A stretch of 64,000 bases of DNA, from positions 512,001 through 576,000 of the forward strand of contig CAVVCZ010000004.1 of the NCBI GenBank assembly GCA_963746845.1. Direction: 5' to 3'. The notes beneath the pieces are model-generated. The model was not told the DNA's origin and made no database searches. It saw only the letters and a program-made list of their open reading frames with translations. Position numbers and translations under genes: made by a program. Position 1 is the first letter of the stretch. Each line of letters starts with the position of its first letter. Shown piece after piece: positions 30,102-39,834 of the stretch. Source of the stretch: an uncultured Chloroflexia bacterium (GTDB taxonomy: Bacteria > Chloroflexota > Limnocylindria > Limnocylindrales > CSP1-4).

Positions 30102-31204
30102 CGATGACGGCGGAGCGCGCCGCCGGACCGGATGCCGTCGACCCGGCCGGCGACATCTTGTGGGACGGGTTCGTCGAGGCCGGGCACCCCGGCTCCTATC
30201 TGCAGCTGAGCGGCTGGGCCAGGGTGAAGGCGGTGAACGGCTGGACCACCGAGCGGATCCGGACGGCGCCGAACGGGGGCGAGGACGGTGGCGTCGGCGC
30301 CCAGATCCTGCTCCGCCGACCGCGGCCGCTGCCCTGGGCGATCGCCTACGCACCGCGGGGTCCGGTGGCCGGCCGGTGGGACGATCGGACGATCGAGGAC
30401 TTCACGGAGGCGGCTCGCGACGCGCTGCGGCGGGTCGGCCGGGTCTCCCATCTCAAGATCGACCCGGAGATCGAGCTGGACGGGCCGCTCGATCCCGACG
30501 GCGCGATGCGCCGGCGCCTCCGGGCCGCCGGGTGGCGCCCCGCCGATCCGATCCAGCCGAGCGCGACGCGGATCATCGACCTCGCGGCGGACGAGGCGGC
30601 CCTGTGGGGCGACCTGCGGAAGAAGTGGCGGCAGTACGTGAACAAGGCCCGGTCCGCCGGGATCGTCGTGACCGACGCCGGCGGCGACGCGCTCCCCGAG
30701 TTCTACCGGATCTACCGCGAGACCGCGGATCGGGCCGGCTTCCTCATCCGGACCGAGGCGGCCTACCGCGACGTGTGGGAGGCGTTCGGTCCGTCCGGCC
30801 GGGCCCGCCTCCTGTTCGCCCGCCGCCCCGACGGCGAGGCGGTCGCGACGCTGTTCCTCGTGCGGAGCGGCGATCGCGTCGTCGAGCCGTACGGCGGGAT
30901 GACAGCGGACGGCGGTGACAGCAGGGCGAACTACCTCCTGAAGTGGGAGGCGATCCGGACATCGCGCGAGCGGGGGGCCGCCAGCTACGACCTGTGGGGC
31001 CTCGCGACGGGCGGGATCGCCCATTTCAAGACCGGGTTCGGCGGCCGCGAGGTCCGCTACATCGGGGCGTGGGACCTCGTGCTGGACCCGCTCGGGCGGC
31101 AGGCCTACATCCGGGCCCAGGAAACCCGGGTCTGGTGGGCCCGGCGCCGGCACGGGATCGCGGGCGATTCGAACGCCAGCGCGTTCGGGGGCGACGCCGC
31201 TTGA
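30098..31204 (+). CDS. FemABX-family peptidoglycan bridge aminoacyl transferase (1)
   Basis: SYLQLSGWARVK, YAPRGP, LKIDP, IQP..T.IIDL, YDLWG, FKTGFGG. Confidence 0.88.
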   Translation: MTMTAERAAGPDAVDPAGDILWDGFVEAGHPGSYLQLSGWARVKAVNGWTTERIRTAPNGGEDGGVGAQILLRRPRPLPWAIAYAPRGPVAGRWDDRTIEDFTEAARDALRRVGRVSHLKIDPEIELDGPLDPDGAMRRRLRAAGWRPADPIQPSATRIIDLAADEAALWGDLRKKWRQYVNKARSAGIVVTDAGGDALPEFYRIYRETADRAGFLIRTEAAYRDVWEAFGPSGRARLLFARRPDGEAVATLFLVRSGDRVVEPYGGMTADGGDSRANYLLKWEAIRTSRERGAASYDLWGLATGGIAHFKTGFGGREVRYIGAWDLVLDPLGRQAYIRAQETRVWWARRRHGIAGDSNASAFGGDAA

Positions 31205-32301
31205 CCTCGATCCGGGCCGCGACGCCGGCCGAGCTCGTCGACTGGGACGAACGGACGGTCGACGTCGCCGGCGGCCACGTCCTCCAGTCACGAGCGTGGG
31301 CCGAGCACCGCGTCGCGACCGGCTGGGAGGCCGACCACCTCGTGTTCGAGGACGGGTTCGCGGTCCTCGTCCTGCGGCGGGCGCTGGCGGGGGTCGGTGG
31401 CTGGAGCGCCTACGTCCCGCGCGGTCCGATCGCGGCCGGGGCGGCGGCCGAGCGGACGGCCGAACGGCTGGGTCTGCTCGCCGACCACCTCGCGGGCCGC
31501 GGCGTGGCCGTCGTCGCAAGCGACGCGGAGATCCCCGCCACCTCGGGCTACCCGGCGCGGCTCTCGGCGCTGGGCTTCCAGCCGATCGAGGAGATCCAGC
31601 CGTCGCGCCACCGGGTGACCGTCCCACTCGCCGGCCGGGACGAGGACTCGGCGTTCGCGGCGATCGCGAAGTCGACCCGCCAGCGCATCCGCGGGGCCGA
31701 GACCGACGGGATCGTCGTCGTCCGTCACGACGGGCGGCTGCCGCCCGCCGGGGTGGGGGAGGGGTTCGCCCATCCCGCCGAGCCCGTCGAGATCGCCCTG
31801 GACCGGTTCTACGATCTGCTCCTCGAGACGGGCGAGCGGCTCCACTTCACGTTCGGGCCACGCGACGCGTACCTCGCCTGGTGGCGGGCGGCCCTCCGGG
31901 CCGGACACCTCGTCCTCCTCGAGGCCCGCACGCCCGAGGGCGAGCCGCTGGCCGGCCTCGTGCTGTACCGCCACGGGGAACGGCTGTCGACCGTCCACTC
32001 GGGCGACCATGCCGCCGCGCGGACGGATCATCCCGGGGCGCTCCATCTCCTGCGCTGGCGCGCGATCGAGCTCGCGATCCGCGAGCGACGGGTCGAGATG
32101 GACCTCGGCGGCGTCGATGTCGCGGGCTCGCGACGGGAGCCGCTCGAAGGTGAGCCGATGTGGGGCCTCTACCAGCACAAGCGATCGTTCGGCGGGCTGT
32201 GGCTCGAGCTCAGTGGCGCCCACGAGCGGGTCATCGATGCCAACCGCTACCGGTTCGGCCGGGTCGCCGGCCGGCTCTCGCGGCTCGTCGGCGGGCGTTG
32301 A
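31201..32301 (+). CDS. FemABX-family transferase (2, more divergent)
   Basis: HVLQSRAWA, YVPRGP, IQPSRH, DLGGV, GLYQHKRSFGG; TTG overlaps the previous stop. Confidence 0.8.
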   Translation: MTSIRAATPAELVDWDERTVDVAGGHVLQSRAWAEHRVATGWEADHLVFEDGFAVLVLRRALAGVGGWSAYVPRGPIAAGAAAERTAERLGLLADHLAGRGVAVVASDAEIPATSGYPARLSALGFQPIEEIQPSRHRVTVPLAGRDEDSAFAAIAKSTRQRIRGAETDGIVVVRHDGRLPPAGVGEGFAHPAEPVEIALDRFYDLLLETGERLHFTFGPRDAYLAWWRAALRAGHLVLLEARTPEGEPLAGLVLYRHGERLSTVHSGDHAAARTDHPGALHLLRWRAIELAIRERRVEMDLGGVDVAGSRREPLEGEPMWGLYQHKRSFGGLWLELSGAHERVIDANRYRFGRVAGRLSRLVGGR

Positions 32302-32313
32302 GGCGATGAGCGG

Positions 32314-33969
32314 ATGAGCGTGGAGGGTCGCACGATCGCCGACCTGCTCGCGGCGGCGGAGCCCGACGGACCCAGGCCGCTCGGCGAGCTGATCGCCCGG
32401 CTGACCGCGAGCGGCCGGCTGCACGGGGCCCGCGATGGCGGACGGGCGATCGGGCCTGCCGCGCTGAGCGCCATCGAGGTCCGCGGGGTGACGGACGACT
32501 CGCGGTCGGTCCGCGCGGGATCGCTGTTCGTCGCGGTCCCCGGGCTCCATGTCGATGGACACGACTTCGTGGGGCGCGCCGCCGCTTCCGGGGCCGCGGT
32601 CGCGCTCGTGGATCGTCCGCTCCCCGATGTCGGCCTGCCTCAGCTCGTCGTCGAGCGGTCGTCCGCCGCCCTCGCGGAGGCCGCCGCCTGGTGGTACGGC
32701 GACCCGTCCCGCCGCCTCGGGGTCGTCGGCATCACCGGGACGGACGGCAAGACGACGACGTCATTCCTGGCCGTCGCCGCGCTCGAGTCGGCCGGACGGT
32801 CGCCGGGGCTGGTGGGCACCGTCGCCACCCGGATCGGGAGCGTCCGTGAGGCCAACCCCGAGCACACGACCACGCCGGGCGCCCCACGCCTCCAGCAGAC
32901 GTTGCGGGCGATGGCCGACGGCGGCAACGACGTCGCAGTCGTCGAGACGACCTCACACGGCCTTGCCGCCGACCGCGTGCTCGGGATCGCCTACGACGTC
33001 GCGATCCTGACGAACCTCACCCACGAGCACCTCGAGTTCCATGGATCGTGGGAGGCCTACCGCGACGCCAAGCTGTCGCTGTTCGAGCGGCTCGCGGCGG
33101 GAGCCGCGAACCCGGTCAAGGAGATCGGGGGCCGGGTCTGGCCGAAGGCCGCGATCGTGAACGCCGACGATCCGAACGCCGGATCCTTCGTCGGCGTCGC
33201 CCAGGAGGCGGGCGCCCGGGTTCTGACGTATGGCACGGACCCTGCCGCGGACGTCCGCGCCAGTCGGGTCGAGGAAGACGCCCACGGCCTCCGGATCGAG
33301 GTCGTGGCCCCGTCCGGCGCAGGGGCGCTCGTGCTCCGGCTGACCGGCCGGTTCAACGTCCACAACGCCCTCGCGGCCGTCGCGCTCGGCGAGGCCCTCG
33401 GGCTCGACCCGGCGGCGGTCCGGGACGGGCTGGCGTCTGTCCGGGGCGTGCCCGGACGTATGGAGCGTCTCGACGCCGGCCAGCCGTTCGGGGTCGTCAT
33501 CGATTACGCCCACAGCCCGGCGTCCCTGGAGAAGGTCCTCGGCCTGCTCGCCCCGCTCGCGGCAGCCCGCGGCGGGGAGCTGGTCGCGGTCTTCGGCTCG
33601 GCCGGGGAGCGGGACGTCGACAAGCGCCGGATGATGGGCCGGATCGCGGGCCGGCTCGCCCGTGTCGTCGTCGCCACGGACGAGGATCCGCGCGGCGAGG
33701 ATCCCGTCGCGATCCTCGACGAGATCGCCCGCGGTGCCGAGGACGCCGGCCGGCAGCGCGACCGGGACCTGTTCCTCATCCAGGACCGGCCGGCGGCGAT
33801 CGCCGCGGCGTTCGAGCGGGCTCGCCCGGGCGACATCGTCCTCCTGGCCGGAAAGGGCCACGAGCAGTCGATCATCGGGCCCGACGGTCCGGTCGCCTAC
33901 GACGAGCGGAGCACGGCCGTGGCCGTGCTCGCGACCATGGGCTACGCCGACATCGACGAGCGCGGCTGA
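32314..33969 (+). CDS. murE: UDP-N-acetylmuramoyl-tripeptide synthetase MurE
   Basis: DSRSV, DGHDF, ITGTDGKTTT, TTPG, HEHLEFHG, DYAHSP, LAGKGHE. Confidence 0.93.
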   Translation: MSVEGRTIADLLAAAEPDGPRPLGELIARLTASGRLHGARDGGRAIGPAALSAIEVRGVTDDSRSVRAGSLFVAVPGLHVDGHDFVGRAAASGAAVALVDRPLPDVGLPQLVVERSSAALAEAAAWWYGDPSRRLGVVGITGTDGKTTTSFLAVAALESAGRSPGLVGTVATRIGSVREANPEHTTTPGAPRLQQTLRAMADGGNDVAVVETTSHGLAADRVLGIAYDVAILTNLTHEHLEFHGSWEAYRDAKLSLFERLAAGAANPVKEIGGRVWPKAAIVNADDPNAGSFVGVAQEAGARVLTYGTDPAADVRASRVEEDAHGLRIEVVAPSGAGALVLRLTGRFNVHNALAAVALGEALGLDPAAVRDGLASVRGVPGRMERLDAGQPFGVVIDYAHSPASLEKVLGLLAPLAAARGGELVAVFGSAGERDVDKRRMMGRIAGRLARVVVATDEDPRGEDPVAILDEIARGAEDAGRQRDRDLFLIQDRPAAIAAAFERARPGDIVLLAGKGHEQSIIGPDGPVAYDERSTAVAVLATMGYADIDERG

Positions 33970-33984
33970 GGCCGGCGGATCCCG

Positions 33985-34692
33985 ATGCGCGGCTGTCTGT
34001 TCGTCCTGCTGCTCGCCGCGACCCTGACCGGCGTCGCCATGTGGTTCGGCTCGGGTCCGCTCGTCTCCGCGGTCATCGGGACGGCGCTGGAGGGCAGCGG
34101 CTACCAGGCATCCGCGACGTCGATCAGCGCGACGTCCGACCCGCCGCCGCGGCTGCTGCTCGGCCAGGCCGACCACGTCTCGATCACCGGATCCGATGTC
34201 GACTGGAAGGCGCTCCATGCCCATCGGCTCACGCTGACGCTGGCCCGCGTCGACCTGTTCGCGCGCACGGCCGACACGATCCGCGGCTCGATCGACGGTG
34301 CGGTCCTCGACGACGGCCACGGCGGGTCGGCCAGCGCGACCTCGATCCGGCTGGCCGGACCCCTCGAGGCCGCGGCCGCGACGATCACCCTGGACCCGGC
34401 TGTCGTCCGCTCCGTCGCGATCACCGCGGCGGCCCGCCAGTTCGGTGTCACGCCGTCCGATGTCCAGCTCGTCGCACCGGATCGGCTGCGCCTCGTGACC
34501 CCGGCCGCCACGATCGAGGGCCGGCTGATGGTCGACGGTGCCGGAACGCTCGTCCTGTCGACCCGGCTCGGGTCCGTCCCGCTGCTCACGCTCGACCCGT
34601 CGATCCCGCTCCGCCTCCGATCCGCGGCCGTCGTCGACGGGAGCCTCCATCTGGACGGCGTCCTGGACGTCACCTCGTTGCTCGGCGGCTGA
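33985..34692 (+). CDS. Exported or membrane-anchored hypothetical protein (DUF2993/LmeA-like)
   Basis: Signal-like N terminus; PPPRLLLGQADHVSITG motif; beta-rich. Confidence 0.55.
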   Translation: MRGCLFVLLLAATLTGVAMWFGSGPLVSAVIGTALEGSGYQASATSISATSDPPPRLLLGQADHVSITGSDVDWKALHAHRLTLTLARVDLFARTADTIRGSIDGAVLDDGHGGSASATSIRLAGPLEAAAATITLDPAVVRSVAITAAARQFGVTPSDVQLVAPDRLRLVTPAATIEGRLMVDGAGTLVLSTRLGSVPLLTLDPSIPLRLRSAAVVDGSLHLDGVLDVTSLLGG

Positions 34693-34760
34693 TCGTCCCG
34701 GCACGGCCCGGACCACCCGCCCGGGCAGGCGGCGCCACGCTCGGCTGTATCCTTCGGCCG

Positions 34761-37142
34761 ATGACACAACCGGGGACCACGCCCGACAAGACCGGCGCGG
34801 CCACGCGTGGCAAGCCCCGCGCGACCACGGCGGGCGATGCCGGGCACGCAGCCGCGACGAAGACGGCGACGAAGGCGGCGACGAAGGCCGCCGCGCGGAA
34901 GCCGAACGGGGCCACGGCCGTGGCCAAGCCGAGCGGCCCACGCCGCACGACCAGCCGGCCGGCGGGCGCGGGCACCGGGGCGAGCGAGCCCGACTTCGAC
35001 GCCCTCCGCACCCAGCTCGTCGAGACGGTGCGGTCGCACTACCCATCGGCCGACCTGACGTCCCTCGAGGGGGCGTTCGATCTTGCCCTCGAGGCCCATG
35101 CGGGTCAGCGCCGCGCGACGGGCGAGCCCTACGTCACCCACCCGATCGCCTCCGCCCAGATCACCGCCGAGCTCGGCATCGATCCGATCGCGGTGACCGC
35201 CGCGCTCCTCCACGACGTCCCGGAGGACACCGAATACGGGCTCCAGGACATCGAGGAGCGGTTCGGGGCGGAGGTCGCCCGCCTCGTCGACGGCGTGACG
35301 AAGCTGTCGAAGTTCAGCACCCACAGCCACGAGCAACAGCAGGCGGAGAACATCCGGAAGATGCTCCTGGCGATGGCCGAGGACATCCGGGTCGTCCTCA
35401 TCAAGCTCGCCGACCGGCTCCACAACATGCGGACGCTGTACGGCCTCCCGTCCGAGAAGCAGCTCCGGATCGCGCGCCAGACGCAGGAGATCTACGCGCC
35501 GCTGGCCGAGCGGCTCGGGATCTGGCAGATCAAGTGGGAGCTCGAGGACCTCGCGTTCAAGGTCCTGGAGCCCGAGCGCTTCCGCGAGCTCGCAAAGCTC
35601 CTCGACACCCGCCGCAAGGGCCGCGAGGACTACATCTCCCGCGCGATCGCCGAGCTCGAGCCGCGGCTGAAGGAAGCCGGCATCGATGCCGACCTCCAGG
35701 GCCGCCCGAAGCACATCTACAGCATCGACAAGAAGATGCAGCGCAAATCGGCCGAGTTCGCCGAGATCTACGACGTCTACGCGATCCGGATCCTCGTCGA
35801 CGAGAAGGCCGACTGCTATGCAGCGCTCGGGGTCGTCCACGCGCTGTGGCGGCCCATCCCGGGCCAGTTCGACGACTACATCGCCGTTCCCAAGAACAAC
35901 CTCTACCAGTCGCTCCACACCGCGGTGATCGCGCTCGACGGCAAGCCCCTCGAGATCCAGATCCGGACGCATGCCATGCACCAGGTGAGCGAGGTCGGGA
36001 TCGCCGCCCACTGGCGCTACAAGGAGGGCACGAAGTCCGACCGCGAGTACGACGCCAAGCTCGCCTGGCTGCGCCAGCTCATGGAGTGGCAGCGCGACGT
36101 CTCGGACTCCGACGCGACCGAGTTCGTCGAGGGGATCAAGCTCGACATCTTCCAGGACCAGGTCTTCGTGTTCACCCCGAAGGGCGACATCAAGGACCTG
36201 CCGGCCGGCGCGACCCCGCTCGACTTCGCCTACCGGATCCACACCGACGTCGGCCACCGGACGATCGGCGCGAAGGTCAACAACCGGCTCGTCCCGCTGG
36301 ACTATCGCCTGAAGAACGGCGATATCGTCGAGATCGTCACGACGAAGGGCGAGCACGGCCCGTCGCGCGACTGGCTGAACGTCGTCCGGACCTCCCACGC
36401 CCGGGAGAAGATCCGGCAATGGTTCAAGAAGAAGGACCGGGACGAGAACATCGTCCACGGCCGGGAGTCGCTCGAGCGCGAGCTGCGCCGCCTCGCCCGG
36501 AAGAGCCTCCAGTCGGTCGGCAACGACCGGATCGCCGAGGTCGGCCGGACGGTCTACAACCACGAGACGCTCGACGACTTCTACGCGGCGATCGGCTACG
36601 GGGCGGTCAGCGCGCAGCAGGTCGTCGCGCGGCTGGGGGTCCTGGACGACACCGAGGTGGGGCTGCCGACGGTCGCCCCGGCGAACCTCCCGGCGCGCAC
36701 TGGCGGCGTCCGGGTCAAGGGCGTCGGCGATCTGCTCGTCCGCTTCGCGAAGTGCTGCCATCCGATCCCCGGCGACCCGATCGTCGGGTTCATCACCCGC
36801 GGCAAGGGCGTGACGGTCCACCTCCGGTCGTGCCCGACGGTCCTCAACGAGAAGGAGGTCCCGCGGCTGATCGAGGTGGAGTGGGAGGCGGCCCCGACCC
36901 AGACCTACCCGATCGCGATCCGGGTCGAGGCCTACGACCGGACGGGGCTGCTCAACGACATCACCCAGGTTGTCGCGGAGAACAAGGTCAACATCGTCGC
37001 CGCGGCGGTCCAGGTGAGCCCGGACCACACCGCGATCGTGACCGCGACGCTCCAGGTCGCCTCGGTGTCGCAGCTCGCCCGGGTCATGGGCCGGATCGAG
37101 GGGCTCAAGGACGTCATCAACGTCCAGCGCGACCTGAGCTAG
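34761..37142 (+). CDS. relA: Bifunctional (p)ppGpp synthetase/hydrolase Rel
   Basis: LLHDVPEDT (HD intact), KLADRLHNMRT, GRPKH, YQSLHT, EIQIRT; TGS and ACT domains. Confidence 0.96.
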   Translation: MTQPGTTPDKTGAATRGKPRATTAGDAGHAAATKTATKAATKAAARKPNGATAVAKPSGPRRTTSRPAGAGTGASEPDFDALRTQLVETVRSHYPSADLTSLEGAFDLALEAHAGQRRATGEPYVTHPIASAQITAELGIDPIAVTAALLHDVPEDTEYGLQDIEERFGAEVARLVDGVTKLSKFSTHSHEQQQAENIRKMLLAMAEDIRVVLIKLADRLHNMRTLYGLPSEKQLRIARQTQEIYAPLAERLGIWQIKWELEDLAFKVLEPERFRELAKLLDTRRKGREDYISRAIAELEPRLKEAGIDADLQGRPKHIYSIDKKMQRKSAEFAEIYDVYAIRILVDEKADCYAALGVVHALWRPIPGQFDDYIAVPKNNLYQSLHTAVIALDGKPLEIQIRTHAMHQVSEVGIAAHWRYKEGTKSDREYDAKLAWLRQLMEWQRDVSDSDATEFVEGIKLDIFQDQVFVFTPKGDIKDLPAGATPLDFAYRIHTDVGHRTIGAKVNNRLVPLDYRLKNGDIVEIVTTKGEHGPSRDWLNVVRTSHAREKIRQWFKKKDRDENIVHGRESLERELRRLARKSLQSVGNDRIAEVGRTVYNHETLDDFYAAIGYGAVSAQQVVARLGVLDDTEVGLPTVAPANLPARTGGVRVKGVGDLLVRFAKCCHPIPGDPIVGFITRGKGVTVHLRSCPTVLNEKEVPRLIEVEWEAAPTQTYPIAIRVEAYDRTGLLNDITQVVAENKVNIVAAAVQVSPDHTAIVTATLQVASVSQLARVMGRIEGLKDVINVQRDLS

Positions 37143-37144
37143 GC

Positions 37145-37262
37145 GCCGGCGTCATGCGGTCCATTCGCCGCGTTGCGCCCTGCGCGCGCTCGCTCACGCA
37201 CGTTCGAGTGCGCTCGCTCACGTGCTCGGTCGCGCCTTGCGCCTGGACCCCCTGACGCCGGC
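37145..37262. repeat. Palindromic dispersed element, copy A (directly after the rel stop)
   Basis: Ends GCCGGCGTCA/TGACGCCGGC; core CTCGCTCACGCA-[hairpin]-TGCGCTCGCTCACGTGCTCGG..GCCTTGCGC shared with 56489-56663. Confidence 0.7.
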
Positions 37263-37540
37263 TTCGAACGTGGCGGCTCGTCGAGGGCCCTTGTTTGTGC
37301 CGCCGGTGCCAGTTGTGCGGCCTGCGCACATCGGCCGGCGTCGGTCGACCTTCCGACGACCCAGAGATGCATGGACATGCAAGCAGGATCGAGGTGAGCG
37401 TGGATGCGGCCCCTTGACTGCATCGTCATGCGCCGGGGTCCGGCTGATCGCGGCCGGCGCCTCGCTGACGAGCACGGAGTGCACATCCGGCAGGATGCCT
37501 CGTGCGCAGGCACATCGCGGTGACGCGTCGGCGACCTGAG

Positions 37541-37642
37541 CTAGCTGATCGCGGCGAAGGTCCAGGCGCCGAGCCAGACGCCGATCAGCCCGGCGATCAC
37601 GATCAGCCAGGGCAGGAACCGTCGCAGGCCCTCGCGCGTCAC
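37541..37642 (-). CDS. 33-aa single-pass membrane peptide (not in ORF track)
   Basis: MTREGLRRFLPWLIVIAGLIGVWLGAWTFAAIS*; GTGA overlap with the upstream stop; strong GC3 bias. Confidence 0.65.
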   Translation of the reverse strand: MTREGLRRFLPWLIVIAGLIGVWLGAWTFAAIS

Positions 37643-38427
37643 CCGCCGGCCTCCGCCCGCGCCAGCATGTCCGCCTTGGCGCGGCTGAACTCGTCGTCCG
37701 TCAGGTCACCGATCGCGTGCAGACGCGAGAGCTTCTCGAGGTCGTCCGCGAGGTCGCCGGTGTCCGCGGACGCCGAGGCGGGCGCCGCATCCACGACCGC
37801 GCCGCGCGCGTATGTCGGCGCGAAGTCGGAGGACACGTAGGACCGCTCGGTCCGCCGTGCCCCTGGATCGGTCGGCACGACGACGACGGGCTCGGGCTCT
37901 CCGGCCGTCGGTCTCCGGGGGATCGGTCGCAGCCGGTTCACGACGGTCTGCGACATGCGGTTGCCCTGCCGGCCGGCACGGGCCTCACGCCAGGCGGCGA
38001 TCGCGACGATCAGGGGGGCGATCCCCATGATCCAGAACAGCACGCCCGGGATGACCCAGCCCCAGACGATCCCGGGCTCGCCGTCGGGCGAGTGGAGACC
38101 GTAGTCGACGAAGTTGTAGCCGAGCGAGACGAACAGGAGCGGCCAGCCGAGGGCCACGATCGCGGTGGCCGCGCCGCCGATCCGCGACCCGAACCAGACG
38201 ATCAACCCGGCGGCCCCGAACAAGCCGAACATCCCGCCGACCATGGCGAGCGGCGTGCCGGTCGGGCAGGGCTGGGCCGTGACGTAGGGGCCGCCGTCGG
38301 CACAGGCCCCGCCGACGTCCAGGACGGCCCGCATGCCCAGGAAGAGCAGCGTGATGGACATCGTTCCGACCGCGACGCCGGCGAGATAGCCGACGACCGT
38401 GGGGATCGACACCCGGGACGAATCCAC
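37639..38427 (-). CDS. Membrane protein with C-terminal SHOCT domain
   Basis: About four TM helices; LEKLSRLHAIGDLTDDEFSRAKADML; TATGAT 6 nt before the GTG. Confidence 0.8.
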   Translation of the reverse strand: MDSSRVSIPTVVGYLAGVAVGTMSITLLFLGMRAVLDVGGACADGGPYVTAQPCPTGTPLAMVGGMFGLFGAAGLIVWFGSRIGGAATAIVALGWPLLFVSLGYNFVDYGLHSPDGEPGIVWGWVIPGVLFWIMGIAPLIVAIAAWREARAGRQGNRMSQTVVNRLRPIPRRPTAGEPEPVVVVPTDPGARRTERSYVSSDFAPTYARGAVVDAAPASASADTGDLADDLEKLSRLHAIGDLTDDEFSRAKADMLARAEAGG

Positions 38428-38529
38428 GGCCGGATCATACGGACCCGGGGCGTCCCGGCAACAACCCGGTGGTCCCGGTCACGGTCGGACCCGGCCGCAC
38501 CCCGGGGCCGCCGCTAGACTCGTCGGACG

Positions 38530-39834
38530 ATGCCCACCTTCCGCGCCCCTCGGGGCACCCGTGATCTGCTGCCGCCCGAGCGGATCGCGATGCTCCGCCT
38601 CGAGTCGATCGCGGCGGACCTCGCGACCCGTTACGGCTACCGGCCGATCGAGACGCCGCTGTTCGAGCAGACGGCGGTCTTCGAGCGGGGGATCGGCGAC
38701 GCGACCGACGTCGTCGAGAAGGAGCTCTTCCGGCTCGCGTCGCGGACCGAGGAGGGCGAGGCGTGGGCCCTCCGGCCAGAGCCGACCGCGGGGATCGTCC
38801 GGGCCTACGTCCAGCACGGGATGCAGACGCTGCCCCAGCCCGTGAAGCTCACCCTGACCGGGCCGATGTTCCGCTACGACCGCCCCCAGGCGGGCCGGTA
38901 CCGGGAGTTCTGGCAGTTCGACATCGAGGCGATCGGGGACGCCGGTCCGGCCGTCGACGCCGAGATCATCGAGCTGGCCGACCGCTTCTATCGAGAGGTC
39001 GGCATCGTCGACCCGGACATCTTCGTCAACTCGATCGGCGACCGGGAGTGCCGTCCCGCCTACATCGCGGAGCTGGCGGCGTTCTATCGCGAGCATCTCG
39101 ACCGGCTCCCGCCGCTCGAACGGAACCGGCTGGATCGGGCGCCGCTCCGACTCCTGGACTCGAAGGACCCGGGGATGGTGGAGCTGAACGCGTCCGCCCC
39201 GATCATCACCGAGCGGCTGTGCGCCGCATGTGCCGAGCACTTCGCCGGGCTCCGGGCGCACCTCGACGCCCTCGGCGTCGCCCATCGCGTCGATCCCCGC
39301 CTCGTCCGCGGCCTCGACTACTACACGCGGACCGCGTTCGAGGTCTATCCCCGTGGCGAGGCCGGCCAGCAGTCGGCGCTCGGCGGCGGCGGCCGGTACG
39401 ACGGTCTCGTGGAGCTGCTCGGCGGCAAGCCGACGCCCGGGATCGGGTTCGGGCTCGGACTCGATCGAGTGCTCCGGGCTCTGGACGCGCAGGGCACGCC
39501 CGCACCGGCCGATCCGACGACGCCGGTCGCGGTCGTCGTCGGCGCCGACCCCGCGGCCACGGCCGACCGGCTCCGCATCGCGACGACGTTGCGCGCCGCC
39601 GGGATCGTCGCCCGCGCGGAGCTGGCGGCCCGCAAGCTCGGCAAGCAGCTCGAGGCGGCGGCACGCGATCGCGCCCACTTCGCGGTGATCGTCGGCGACG
39701 AGCTCGCCGACGGCCAGGTCCAGCTGAAGGACCTCGACGCGGGCACGCAGAAGCTCGTCGCGGTCGACGACCTCGCCCGCGAGGTCGGGCGGGCCCATGC
39801 GAGCCATCACCACGGGTCGGGCGGCCCGTCGTGA
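38530..39834 (+). CDS. hisS: Histidine--tRNA ligase
   Basis: PRGTRD, LRPEPTAG, FRYDRPQAGRYREF, LVRGLDYY, GGGRYDGL. Confidence 0.97.
   Translation: MPTFRAPRGTRDLLPPERIAMLRLESIAADLATRYGYRPIETPLFEQTAVFERGIGDATDVVEKELFRLASRTEEGEAWALRPEPTAGIVRAYVQHGMQTLPQPVKLTLTGPMFRYDRPQAGRYREFWQFDIEAIGDAGPAVDAEIIELADRFYREVGIVDPDIFVNSIGDRECRPAYIAELAAFYREHLDRLPPLERNRLDRAPLRLLDSKDPGMVELNASAPIITERLCAACAEHFAGLRAHLDALGVAHRVDPRLVRGLDYYTRTAFEVYPRGEAGQQSALGGGGRYDGLVELLGGKPTPGIGFGLGLDRVLRALDAQGTPAPADPTTPVAVVVGADPAATADRLRIATTLRAAGIVARAELAARKLGKQLEAAARDRAHFAVIVGDELADGQVQLKDLDAGTQKLVAVDDLAREVGRAHASHHHGSGGPS

Noticed and set aside
28358-31204. ORF-track calls with long N-terminal extensions (948-aa Fem, 1364-aa Rel, 1286-aa cyclase)
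   Set aside because: The extensions overlap upstream genes in another frame; real starts are at 30098, 34761 and 1365.
37263-37540. Short ORFs in the intergenic region after rel
   Set aside because: No codon bias, RBS or recognisable motifs; more likely non-coding or degraded repeat sequence.
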